A stretch of DNA of 64,000 nt from Planctomycetota bacterium (GTDB lineage: Bacteria; Planctomycetota; UBA8108; SXIK01), in contig OZ244999.1 of NCBI GenBank assembly GCA_965223265.1, forward strand, positions 1,312,001 to 1,376,000. The letters are read 5' to 3'. Below are positions 50,185 to 59,724 of this stretch, piece by piece (the first letter of the stretch is position 1; each line of letters opens with the position of its first letter). A model generated the notes under the pieces. The model was given only the letters and a program-made list of their open reading frames with translations, did not search any database and was not told the DNA's origin. Position numbers and translations under genes: made by a program.

Positions 50185-52404
50185 TCAGGGTTCCGAGCTC
50201 TCGATGCGAAGCAGGAACAACTGGCGGGTGTGCTCCTGGTCATCGGCGATTGAAGGGAAAAGGATCTGTGTGCCGTCTCGGTTCCAGCACGGGGCTGGGT
50301 CGTTTCGGAGCTCTCCGGATGTCCAGCCGTGTTGGTCGAAGGCTTTCGTCTGCAGGTGAAAGCCATCCGCGAGTCGGAGCAAGACGAAACGGTTCTTGCC
50401 CTCTACCCGGTACCCATTGACGAGCCACGAGCCGTCCGGCGAGAGCGCGATGTCCCCGCCTGGCCGCGGCAGCAGTTCGCGCGTTCCGAGCGTTTTCACG
50501 ACGCGCTGCGTTTCCGTGTCGTAGAGGACTTGGTCGTCTCCGAGCGCGCCGATCATGTGTTGCCCTGACTCCCATTCGGGGTGCCCTCCGATGTGATCCT
50601 TCAAACGAACCAGCGCCGTGCCGTCCGGGCGCATGAGGAACGAAGCGTTGATCTTTCTTTCTCCAGGATTGCGGTCCTGTCGCCAGCCCCCGCGAGCGAA
50701 GAAGAAGATCTGGTTGCCGTCTCGATTCCAGAGCGTGTGGTTGATGAAAAGCGGCGTCTCGGCGACGAAGGGATGCGATCTGGCGAGCGCGTCCCGCAGC
50801 TGAGCGAAAGACACGAGAAGGTGTTTCGTTCCGTGTTCGATGTCGACCCGGTAGATGCCGTCGTCCTCGGGGTGGAATACGCCCTGCGTCCAGTCGGGAG
50901 CGCCTGCGTATCCCGTGACGGGGCGCAGCCGCGCCATGCGCGCGTAGTTGATCGCGAGAAAACTGCCTCCGCTCTGAGCGACGCCGCTGTTCGCCACCGG
51001 CGTGTCGTCGAAACGGTACTCACGGACGCGGACTCTCTTCTCCACGTCGTAGAGAACCGTGAAGATGTGGCCGGTTCGACGGTCCCGGTCGTTGAAGAAG
51101 AACTGTGTCTCCGCTGCATCCGGATTCCAGTAAAGCATCGTTCCCTGTTGCGGATTCCAGCCTCGGGTCTCGTCTACTTTGATGGCGTTGTAGTCGCTCT
51201 TCGTGTCGAGCAAGACGATGTCCGCGGGCTCGTCGGCTCCGGGCATGTGATCTTGGAAAGACGTGCGTAGAGCCGCGATGTAGCGACCGCTCGCGTTCCA
51301 CGGGATCGTGCCGACGTGGCCGATGTAGCCGAAGAAGTGGTGGCGTGGTCCGGTGGTGATCTGGCGGACCGTGAGCTTCGGGGAGCGCGCCACCCCGCTT
51401 GCGGCCGGACCGCGAGAATGCGGCCGGGGCGGCTCGGGGCTGTCGGGAACGGCCGCTGGCTGGAGAGTTCTTGCGAACACTGCGTCCTGAAACAGCGCGG
51501 CTTCCACGCCCTTGGCTTCGTAGACCCGACGGGCGTTGTGACCCACGCCGGGGACAAGGCTCAGCTCACAGGGTAGCTCCTTCGCCAGCAGTGCGTCTCG
51601 AAACGTGACGGCCGACGCTTTCCACTTGTCGGCGTCGCCGCAGATGAGCAGGAAACGTGTCCCGCGCTCGCGCAGGACGGCGTGGTTTTTTTCGAGAAAG
51701 TGATAGGTGTTGTTCTGACGGATCAGCTCCGGGTCGCTGTTCAGGTTGCGACGGAGAATATCGAGGAGCCACGGGTCGGTGGTATGTTCCAGGTCGATAG
51801 CACCGCCCCCTCCTGCAACGGCGGCGCAGAAGAGATCTGGATACTTGATCGTGAGCTTTAACGCGCCGCTGGACCCCATCGAAAAGCCGTGCACCGCTCG
51901 CGCGTCGCGCGTCGCGACGGTCCGCAGGGTCGCATCGATTCTGGGGACCAACTCGCGAACGATCATCGATTCGACCATCGTCTTGCCGTCATGGTGATCC
52001 ATGTAGCCGGATCGATACCCGGTGGGATAGACAAGAATCACCTCACGGATTCCTCGCCCTTGGCGAGAATAGAGCTCACTCCAGAAGCTCGCAGTAAAGA
52101 GCCCCGTCGTTTCGTTCCCGCCGCCGCCGTGCAGCCAGTAGACAACCGGATAGCGCCTGGCCGTGTCGCGTTCGTAGCTCGGCGGCAGGACAACGCAATA
52201 TCCCACCTCGATTCCCATCCATCGGCTCTCGAACGTCTCGTGGCGAAGCCCCGGAATGTCGCTGCGTTGCCGATCGGAGGGTGGATGCACCCACGTCGAC
52301 CGGGGTTGATCTGCGGCGAGCAGGAGTAGAGCCAGGCTCAGCGACGCTGCAAGATTCGCGGCGCTGCGACGTCGGACTCGGCGTTTGGTCAGGAGAGGTC
52401 TCAT
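50185..52404 (-). CDS. Alpha/beta-hydrolase esterase fused to an oligogalacturonate-lyase-like beta-propeller
   Basis: YPVVYWLHGGGG, GFSMG nucleophile elbow, GVGH; Pro-rich linker; HHFFGY, WNPQQG, FFFND, INHTLWN, GGHPEW, DPAPCW. Confidence 0.78.
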   Translation of the reverse strand: MRPLLTKRRVRRRSAANLAASLSLALLLLAADQPRSTWVHPPSDRQRSDIPGLRHETFESRWMGIEVGYCVVLPPSYERDTARRYPVVYWLHGGGGNETTGLFTASFWSELYSRQGRGIREVILVYPTGYRSGYMDHHDGKTMVESMIVRELVPRIDATLRTVATRDARAVHGFSMGSSGALKLTIKYPDLFCAAVAGGGGAIDLEHTTDPWLLDILRRNLNSDPELIRQNNTYHFLEKNHAVLRERGTRFLLICGDADKWKASAVTFRDALLAKELPCELSLVPGVGHNARRVYEAKGVEAALFQDAVFARTLQPAAVPDSPEPPRPHSRGPAASGVARSPKLTVRQITTGPRHHFFGYIGHVGTIPWNASGRYIAALRTSFQDHMPGADEPADIVLLDTKSDYNAIKVDETRGWNPQQGTMLYWNPDAAETQFFFNDRDRRTGHIFTVLYDVEKRVRVREYRFDDTPVANSGVAQSGGSFLAINYARMARLRPVTGYAGAPDWTQGVFHPEDDGIYRVDIEHGTKHLLVSFAQLRDALARSHPFVAETPLFINHTLWNRDGNQIFFFARGGWRQDRNPGERKINASFLMRPDGTALVRLKDHIGGHPEWESGQHMIGALGDDQVLYDTETQRVVKTLGTRELLPRPGGDIALSPDGSWLVNGYRVEGKNRFVLLRLADGFHLQTKAFDQHGWTSGELRNDPAPCWNRDGTQILFPSIADDQEHTRQLFLLRIESSEP

Positions 52405-52983
52405 CCGTTGATGCGTTGCGACGTCGACGTTGAACATCCCGTCGTCGATGGCGACGTCCCGCGGGACGCAGCCATCGTGCAGAGCGCCATCGTGCGGAGG
52501 GGCAATCGTGCAGAGGGCCGTCGTAGCGGGCAGGACCACAAGTAGGAACCCTCGGAGTCACCGCATGTGTGCTTCCTTCTTCACACAGGGACAGCGGCCC
52601 GGTGCGCCCGCGCCGGCCAACCCAGATCGTAGTCAGTAGATAGGAAACCTCGACCCAAGTCCACGGATGTACCCGCCTACCGGCATCGATTCCGTTGAGC
52701 CGAGCCGTGCGATCGCACACAAAGACAGTTCAACAGGAGCGTCACGGTGTCACTCTATCGACGCGAGAATCGCGGAGTTAGAAACGCGATACTCCTCGAG
52801 TCAGCAGCCTCACCAGACTCCGCTTTCTAATCTCGCGGGATTCGAAAAGTTAATCTGGTGACGACCTTCTCTCACCAGAAGATCGGTGACTCTTCGTCGG
52901 GGATTCGGAATAGCGATACGCAGCGACAGTATCGACTTTTTTCGTAGATCATGACAACAAGAGGAGAAGAATCTGCTTTCTTC

Positions 52984-54756
52984 CTATGTCCCAACGAACT
53001 TACGAACTTGGGCGGCGAGACGGCGACCGAGTTGATCCTCTTCGTCCACGACTTCATGTGCCCCGGCGTTGAGTAGTTCCCAATGTAGAACGTGGTAGCG
53101 GCATCGGGCGACAACGAAGACGTGCGGAGCGAGGTCGCGAACCAGGTGGATTAAGTGGCGTACGGTGGCATGATCTGGCACCGTGACGACGACAGCACGA
53201 GCTTTGTAGATGCCGGCGTGCTCCAATATGTCCCGATGGGTCGCGTCCCCGAGGTGGGCGACCAAGCCGTATTGATGTGCGATTTCGATGTTCTTGGGAT
53301 CCAGATCGATTGCCACTACGTGCTGCTGGTGTGAGTCCAGCAGACTTGCCGCAACACGCTGTCCGGCCGGGCCGAAACCGACGACAAGGATCAAATCGGA
53401 GGGCGCATTGACGGCTTCCTCTTTCCCCTCGGGACTGGTAGCGCGTTCGTCGAGTGGCACGGGCTCGATGTTCGCACCTGCCGGCCTCTGTTTCCTTCGC
53501 AGCAATATTCGCTCACAGCGAGCCCCGGCCCATGGCGCGGCGGCAACAAAGTAGGGCGTGAATAAAAGGGTCAAAATGGTCGCCGACACCATCGCGCGAA
53601 AGGTGACCGGCGACATCAGCGCCGCGCCTCCGATATTGCTCTGGGCGATGGTGGCCAACACGAAAGAGAACTCGCCCACTTGCGCCAGACACAATGCCGC
53701 CGCAATCGCGTGTCGCCAGGGGTGCCCAAAGGCCCGTGCTAAAAGGGCGATGACCAGCGGTTTGCCGACGATAATTGCTATCACGACCCCGGCAACGATC
53801 GCCCAGTATCCGAAGAGCCAGACCGGATCGCCGAACATCCCGATCGCTGCAAAGAACAACGTGACCATCAGTGTCGTTAGCGGCCTCGTGTCGGCGCGGA
53901 TTTGTGTGGCAAACGGCGAAACGGCCAAAAGAATGCCGGCGGCGAAGGCCCCCAAAGCCGGACTCAGACCCACCGCATGTGTGGCCCATGCCGAGCCGGT
54001 GGCCATAATGACGGCTAGAAGAATCGGCAAGTCACGGTTCTTGCGCCAAGTAGGCAACAGCAAGACACGCGGCGCAACGATGTTAAACAGGACATAGAAC
54101 AAGCCGACAAGCACGGCAGCGAAAACCAGCGAAAGGGAAAGTTTGCCGATGATTAGCCCCCACGTTCCGCCGGTGGCCATGACGCTAACCAGCAACATCA
54201 TCGGAACCACGGCAGCATCCTGAATGAGCAGTATGCCGAGTGCGCTCCGTCCATGCTCGCCGTCGATTTCCGCCCGATCCGTCAACAACCGCAGGACACA
54301 TGCGGTGCTGCTCACGGCGACCATCATGCCGACGACGATCGCTTCGCGAGCGTCCAGCCCACAAGCGGTCGCTCCCGCGAAGCCAAGGGCCGTCGTCAAG
54401 ACAACCTGAAGTGGACCGGTTTTCAGCACGATGCTGCCGAGCGACAACAGGCGCCGAGGCGAAAACTCCAGGCCAATGGCGAACAGCAACAACGCCACGC
54501 CCAATTCAGCAATGTTGAAAAGTTCACGCTCGGTAGCAATCCAGCCCAGGACGTTTGGCCCAACCAGGGTGCCCGCAATCAAGTAACCGACAATAACGCT
54601 TTGGCCCAGCCGTTCAGCAAGCGTTCCCAAGACAAGGGCCACCGCCAGCAAGACAAGAATGTCCGACAAGACTCCCCAGACGCCCAGCGGCGGAGCGGCC
54701 AGTATCGGTAGCGAGTCAACGATCACCGGAGTGCTCTCCTCTTCGTCAGTGTCCAT
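52984..54756 (-). CDS. CPA2 cation:proton antiporter (Kef-like) with a TrkA-N domain
   Basis: GYLIAGTLVGP, AELGVALLLFAIGLE, LLIQD, LGAFAAG, QVGEFSFV, VVGFGPAGQ, GDAT. Confidence 0.93.
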   Translation of the reverse strand: MDTDEEESTPVIVDSLPILAAPPLGVWGVLSDILVLLAVALVLGTLAERLGQSVIVGYLIAGTLVGPNVLGWIATERELFNIAELGVALLLFAIGLEFSPRRLLSLGSIVLKTGPLQVVLTTALGFAGATACGLDAREAIVVGMMVAVSSTACVLRLLTDRAEIDGEHGRSALGILLIQDAAVVPMMLLVSVMATGGTWGLIIGKLSLSLVFAAVLVGLFYVLFNIVAPRVLLLPTWRKNRDLPILLAVIMATGSAWATHAVGLSPALGAFAAGILLAVSPFATQIRADTRPLTTLMVTLFFAAIGMFGDPVWLFGYWAIVAGVVIAIIVGKPLVIALLARAFGHPWRHAIAAALCLAQVGEFSFVLATIAQSNIGGAALMSPVTFRAMVSATILTLLFTPYFVAAAPWAGARCERILLRRKQRPAGANIEPVPLDERATSPEGKEEAVNAPSDLILVVGFGPAGQRVAASLLDSHQQHVVAIDLDPKNIEIAHQYGLVAHLGDATHRDILEHAGIYKARAVVVTVPDHATVRHLIHLVRDLAPHVFVVARCRYHVLHWELLNAGAHEVVDEEDQLGRRLAAQVRKFVGT

Positions 54757-54789
54757 TCATTTGAGTGTTGGCGAGCAGTTCGTCGCTCT

Positions 54790-55070
54790 ATCCGTGTCTA
54801 TCGCCGGTCTTTCTTCAGGACCGCAGGAGCAGCTTATGTGCCCCACCGCCCAAAACACGAGGGTGCTCAATGCAAGCCACGCGAACAGTTCACCGGCAGT
54901 TACTCCCGTCGTGTTGAAAATGCTTTGCAGCGGTGGCCAATAGACCACGGCCATCTGACGTCCGAATGTCAGCGCTACCGAGCCAATGAATGCCTTGTTT
55001 GACAAGACACCGATCTTGAATAATGAGTCGTGAGAAGAACGGAACGCCAGGGCGTTGCCCATTTGGGGCC
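54790..55070 (-). pseudogene. C-terminal remnant of a cation-transporting P-type ATPase
   Basis: QMGNALAFRSSHDSLFKIGVLSNK...VYWPPLQSIFNT matches the last helices of the Cation_ATPase_C domain; the rest is missing. Confidence 0.8.
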
Positions 55071-55136
55071 CAGAGCCAGTAGTTCATCGTCAGAAATTCG
55101 CGCTTTTCTCCCGAACCGGGGCGGCGTTGGCGGGGG

Positions 55137-56231
55137 TTACAGGAGCTCATCTGCGTCCTGGTCATCCACGGCCCCTGACGACGTCTGCCCGACTGACCTG
55201 GGCTTGCTGTCCATGACAATCGCGATCCAGCGGAACGCTTCGCTGTTTTCCATGAAGATCTTCACGACCATGGTGAGCGGCACGGAGAGGAGCATGCCGA
55301 CGGGGCCCCAGATCCAGCCCCAGAAAACCAGCGAGACGAACACCACCAGGGGAGAAAGCCCGAGACGGCGCCCCATCAGCACCGGCTCCAAGAGATTGCT
55401 CACGGAGATGTTGAACAACAGGAAGCCAAAAGCCAGAACGAGAGCCATACTCAGCCCGAGTTGCACCGCAGCAAGCAAGACGGCCGGCACCGCCGCCATG
55501 ATCGAGCCGAGGACGGGAATGTAATTCAGAAGGAACGCCAGCAATCCCCACAACAATGGGAAGTCGACGCCAATCGCAGCGGCCCATCCCCAGATCAAGG
55601 TACCCGTCAAGAGACTCGTGGCGGTCTTGACCGCGAGGTACTGCTGGACTTCTGTCGTCATCGCGGCGAAGCGCCTGAGATCGACACCGGTCCCGAGGGC
55701 CGCCTCGAGTTTGCCGCGAAAACTCGCCGTCTCAAAGAGCATGAACATGGTCGTCAACAGAACCAGGAGGGTATTGGAGAGAGCCGACAGGACCCCCCGC
55801 AGGCCTTTGACGACGAAATCCAAGAGCGTCGCTGGATCGAAGCCGGCTGGCATATGATCCTCGGGGACTTCCAGGCCATACTCGCGAAGCCAGTCTATGA
55901 CGACCCGGGAGACGTCGTTCAGCTTGTCACGATACTGATTGAGTTCCCTCGCGAACTCGTTCACCAAACCGCCGACCACGGAGGCGATGGTCGTCAGGGC
56001 TCCCATGATGCAGGCGACGACCAGCCCCACCGCCACCAAAGTGGGCACGCGCTTTCGCCTCAGCCACAAGACGGCCGGTGCTGCGAGTAGAGAGAGAAAA
56101 ACGGAAAACATGAAAGGCAAGACAAGTGCTTGCGCTTCTCTCAAGCCCGCAAACACGATCACGAGCGCCGCTGCGACCACCAAAGCGTTCGGACCGAAGA
56201 AACGCTTACCCTGTGATGGAGTGGCTTTCAC
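55137..56231 (-). CDS. AI-2E (PerM/YhhT) family transporter
   Basis: YLAVKT, LLWGLLAFLLNYIPVLGS, NLLEPVLMG, WGWIWGPVGMLLSVPLT. Confidence 0.94.
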   Translation of the reverse strand: MKATPSQGKRFFGPNALVVAAALVIVFAGLREAQALVLPFMFSVFLSLLAAPAVLWLRRKRVPTLVAVGLVVACIMGALTTIASVVGGLVNEFARELNQYRDKLNDVSRVVIDWLREYGLEVPEDHMPAGFDPATLLDFVVKGLRGVLSALSNTLLVLLTTMFMLFETASFRGKLEAALGTGVDLRRFAAMTTEVQQYLAVKTATSLLTGTLIWGWAAAIGVDFPLLWGLLAFLLNYIPVLGSIMAAVPAVLLAAVQLGLSMALVLAFGFLLFNISVSNLLEPVLMGRRLGLSPLVVFVSLVFWGWIWGPVGMLLSVPLTMVVKIFMENSEAFRWIAIVMDSKPRSVGQTSSGAVDDQDADELL

Positions 56232-56244
56232 ACTGGAGCCCTAG

Positions 56245-56403
56245 CAGCCTGTTGAAAAAGTGCTTCGAGCCGAAAACTGGTCTCTTCGCGTCCAGATCGG
56301 CCGCGGCAAACGCAGGTAATCTCCGAGATTTTCGAGTATTGACGCGGTCGAGCTGGGCGTGAAGAGGCCGGTTTCTCGGCCGAATGACTTTTTCAACGGG
56401 CTG
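56245..56403 (+). mobile_element. MITE-A copy 1 (159 bp), CTAG target duplication
   Basis: Termini CAGCCTGTTGAAAAAG and CTTTTTCAACGGGCTG; CTAG at 56241-56244 and 56404-56407. Confidence 0.9.
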
Positions 56404-56407
56404 CTAG

Positions 56408-56661
56408 CTCGAGTTTGGCCATTTCGCGCCGGCCTGGCCGGACGAGTTTCGCGGGAATTCAAAGGCCCTTTCGACTTTTTAGTACCCTGAGAACCCTTGT
56501 GCATGTTCAAAAACTCCTGTCCGGCCCTTCGGGGAACGCCAGGAGCGCCGATGCCTGCGTCGCTCCTCCGCCACGATCGCAGCGGGATCGCGTTGTCGTC
56601 GCTCCTTGGCCTCGACGCTCCTGGCGTTCCCAGGCTCGACGCGAAATGGCCGAACTCGAGG
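56408..56661 (+). mobile_element. MITE-B (about 254 bp), flanked by CTAG
   Basis: Termini CTCGAGTTTGGCCATTTCGCG and CGCGAAATGGCCGAACTCGAG; CTAG at 56404 and 56662; partial copy at 43335. Confidence 0.82.
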
Positions 56662-56676
56662 CTAGGATCGCCTCGT

Positions 56677-57615
56677 CTACGTGTCACCCGCCACGAGGAC
56701 GGGGCTGACAAACCCGTCGGGTTTCACGGCCAGGACAGAACACTCGACCTGCGCGAGGACTTGTTCGGCGGTGTTGCCGATGAAAAACCCAGGAACACCC
56801 GTTCGGCCGACCGTTCCCATGACCAGGAGATCGACGCGATTCTCCTCGACAAACTGTGGAATCAGGCGACCGGGTGCGCCCTCGAGAAAGTGTATCGCCG
56901 TCGGGGCAAAGTCTGAAAGCGCATCCTGGAAGGCGGCCTGGACCTTGTGCTTGGCTTCCTCAAGAGCCTCCCTGATTCTCTCCATCGGCACCCATTTCAC
57001 GGGTCCAAACGAGCCTTCTTCGACACGCTCCCAGCAATGCATCGCGTGAAACTCCGCCCCTTGGGTCTCGGCAAGTGATGAGCCCAGCTCGAGGATCTTC
57101 CGGCTCAAACCCGCATGCTCTGAGTCCTTGGAGCCCGTGTCCACCGCGGCCAGCACCCTTTCGAACTTAGGCGACTCCTTCGGTTTCACGATCCACACGG
57201 GGCAAGGGCACTTCCTCAGGAGATGCAAGTCCGTCGCCCCGAAGAACCGTTCCTTGAACCAGCCCTCCTCTCCCGTCGCCTTGATGACAAGGTCGTGGCG
57301 GCCTCGCTTGACCTCGTGAATGACTTCGAGGAAAGGGGTACCGTGCAGGCTGTGCGTTGTTACGTCTATGCCGTCTTCCCGGATCGGCGCCACGAATTCT
57401 TCAAGCCAGTCCTTCGTCGAAGCCGCGGTACTGCTGTAGAGGTCGTCGACGCGGACGCTCGACGTCAACATGTGGGCGTACTCTGGCAGTTTTTTGGAGA
57501 CGTGGACCACGCGCAACGCCGCCCGGTTTCGCTTCGCCAGCCTCGCGGCCTGTGCCAGCGCTGGCTCGCCTCGCGGCCCCTCGATGTAGACCAGAATCTT
57601 CTTGAATCGCTTCAC
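56677..57615 (-). CDS. Tandem-domain universal stress protein (UspE-like)
   Basis: FKKILV, HDLVIK, FGATDLHLLRKCPCPVWIVK, DLLVMGTVGRTGVPGFFIGNTAE. Confidence 0.94.
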   Translation of the reverse strand: MKRFKKILVYIEGPRGEPALAQAARLAKRNRAALRVVHVSKKLPEYAHMLTSSVRVDDLYSSTAASTKDWLEEFVAPIREDGIDVTTHSLHGTPFLEVIHEVKRGRHDLVIKATGEEGWFKERFFGATDLHLLRKCPCPVWIVKPKESPKFERVLAAVDTGSKDSEHAGLSRKILELGSSLAETQGAEFHAMHCWERVEEGSFGPVKWVPMERIREALEEAKHKVQAAFQDALSDFAPTAIHFLEGAPGRLIPQFVEENRVDLLVMGTVGRTGVPGFFIGNTAEQVLAQVECSVLAVKPDGFVSPVLVAGDT

Positions 57616-58107
57616 TCTCTAATTCCTTTCGCCGCGCGATGCCCAGCGGTCATCTAAGGTCTCCGCCGCCGCCGAAGCAAGCGCAAAAAACACCGGGCTG
57701 CGCGCCGAAGGCGCAGGGTGCTTCCGTCATCGAATGTTGGAAATCATAGGTAGTTGATTCTGCTACGGTGTCTCTCGTCCGTAGATCTCTCGGTCCCGTG
57801 GTCAAGGGCGATCGTGGAAAACCGCAGCTTTCTCAGCGAAGTTCCTTCCTCGACGTCACCGTGACTTTTCCCACCACCCACTCTCTCTGAACGTCATACA
57901 GAACCAGAACCCCGCAAGAACCGCCAGTCTCGCGAGCGGCTCACTCTCCTTCGAGGTCCCACCTCCGAATCTCCCTTCCAACGACCTCGTGGAAATCTCC
58001 TGAACGATCTCGGACAATATCGAAATCAAGGAGAGAGAGCCCGTGTCACCGATCCTGATTGCCGTTTGCCTGAACGCTCCAGCCCGTTTGCCTCAAGGAG
58101 CTTGCCA

Positions 58108-58737
58108 ATGGGCACCTATCCTTCTTTCTCGATGGCGAGAGAAGAGTTCGACCAGGCCTCTAACAACCCGGATCACACCCTGATCGAAACCGCGCCCGTG
58201 GACGTGAATGCTCTGTTGGAGACGTATTACTCCGCGAGTGAACCGATCCGTCTTACGAAGACGATGTTGTGGGACGCCGAGGTCAAGAAGGCTTGGGACC
58301 CAATGACATATATTCCCGGCGTTGTTCGTGAAGGCTCGTCGTGGGGCAGGAAGCCTTTGGAGAACGGGGAAGAATGTTTTCTACGGGAGAGCCAGCAGCT
58401 TGCCTGGAGGGCGGAGATCTACGGACAGGTTCTGGAAGAGGTCTACTTAAATCCCCGGGAGCAAACGGTCCTGTTTCTCGGAAGAGCAGAGCTCTTGACA
58501 GATGACGGCTCACTCCTTCAGGCTGGCAGCCATCAGCCCTTGTTTCACGTTGAACACGCCGTCGGTGGCACCGACTCTCACCCTGAGAACTTGTGGCGTA
58601 TCGTGCACCTGACATCTAAAAGAGACGACACATTGCTCGAGGAACACTTGGCACAGACGGGTACTCCGGAGTGGCTCCGAAGATTCGTCGCGATCTACGT
58701 CGAAAAGGATCTTGGGATAGGGCTGACCCGCCGGTAG
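58108..58737 (+). CDS. Hypothetical protein, possibly SRPBCC/DUF1857 (AtaL-like) fold
   Basis: AAGGAG RBS before ATG 58108; TAPVDVN...LTKTMLWDAEVKKAWDPMTYIP resembles the DUF1857 N-terminus. Confidence 0.6.
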   Translation: MGTYPSFSMAREEFDQASNNPDHTLIETAPVDVNALLETYYSASEPIRLTKTMLWDAEVKKAWDPMTYIPGVVREGSSWGRKPLENGEECFLRESQQLAWRAEIYGQVLEEVYLNPREQTVLFLGRAELLTDDGSLLQAGSHQPLFHVEHAVGGTDSHPENLWRIVHLTSKRDDTLLEEHLAQTGTPEWLRRFVAIYVEKDLGIGLTRR

Positions 58738-58928
58738 GTCGCAGGTCTTCTTCGGCTGGGGTAAAGCGGTCGCCTGCTTCCACGAGTACGAGTTCGCTCC
58801 TACGATCGAAAAAACCGCAGTCATCGCCTGTCTGGTTGAAATCGAACTGTTGCTAGCGCGCTGAGAAACAGTGATCAGGGGCTGACCAACCTGGAGGGCC
58901 GCCTTTCCAGGGACGGCCGAGAGAAGCA

Positions 58929-59504
58929 GTGAGCCCCAAGTTCTTCAAGACTCCCGACGACTTTCGACGTTGGCTGGAAAGAAACTACGACGGCGCGTCT
59001 GAACTCCTCGTCGGTTTCTACAAGAAGCACACCGGTAGGCCGAGCATCGACTGGGAAGGAGCTGTCGATCAGGCTTTGTGCTTTGGCTGGATCGACGGCA
59101 TTCGCAAGCGAATCGATGACGACACCTACCAGATCCGATTCACCCCTCGCAGACCGGGCAGCATGTGGAGCGGAAGGAACATCCGTAGAGTCGCTGAGCT
59201 GCAGAGAGCGGGCGTAATGCACCAGTCCGGCATGACGGTCTTCAGGTCAAGGGACAAACAGGAATTGCGCCAGTCCGAGAAGCTGAAGGTCAGCGAGCTT
59301 GACCCGCCCTACGACCGAGCCTTCAAGAAGCACAAGCGAGCCTACACGTTCTTTCAAGCTCAGCCGCCGTCCTACCGGAGGGCAGTGTGCACCTGGGTGA
59401 TGAGCGCTAAGAAGGAGGAAACTCGCCAGCGGCGGCTCGCCACCGTGATCGAGGACTCGAAAAACCGCAAGCGCCTGATCCTGCTGTCACCAAAAGTGGA
59501 GTAG
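58929..59504 (+). CDS. YdeI/OmpD-associated family protein
   Basis: FRRWLE, AVDQALCFGWIDG, RFTPRRPGSMWS, PPSYRR, AKKEETRQRR. Confidence 0.93.
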   Translation: MSPKFFKTPDDFRRWLERNYDGASELLVGFYKKHTGRPSIDWEGAVDQALCFGWIDGIRKRIDDDTYQIRFTPRRPGSMWSGRNIRRVAELQRAGVMHQSGMTVFRSRDKQELRQSEKLKVSELDPPYDRAFKKHKRAYTFFQAQPPSYRRAVCTWVMSAKKEETRQRRLATVIEDSKNRKRLILLSPKVE

Positions 59505-59724
59505 CGCAGCAATGCGCCACAGAGGGACTAGAGGCTTCTCGGCCGCTAAGACGGCGGATGACAAGACACGATCCAAAAGCCAACCACTCCCTCAAGCACG
59601 CCTCACAAATCGAGAAACCCGCAATAACCGACGGTTCCTCAACCGAAGATTCCAAGCTCGAGTCTCGACTCCGTTGATTGAACCTCTCCGATCGTTGACA
59701 ATCGAACGGAAAGGAGAGAGCCGC

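Noticed and set aside
57645-57745. Possible integron attC site (inverted repeats ending near GTTGGAA)
   Set aside because: No matching RYYYAAC end, box spacing unconvincing, and no cassette array or integrase.
59512-59724. N-terminal extensions of track ORFs (59512; likewise 23963, 30026, 43410, 52539)
   Set aside because: Downstream starts have better RBS or signal-peptide context, and some extensions cross repeat elements.
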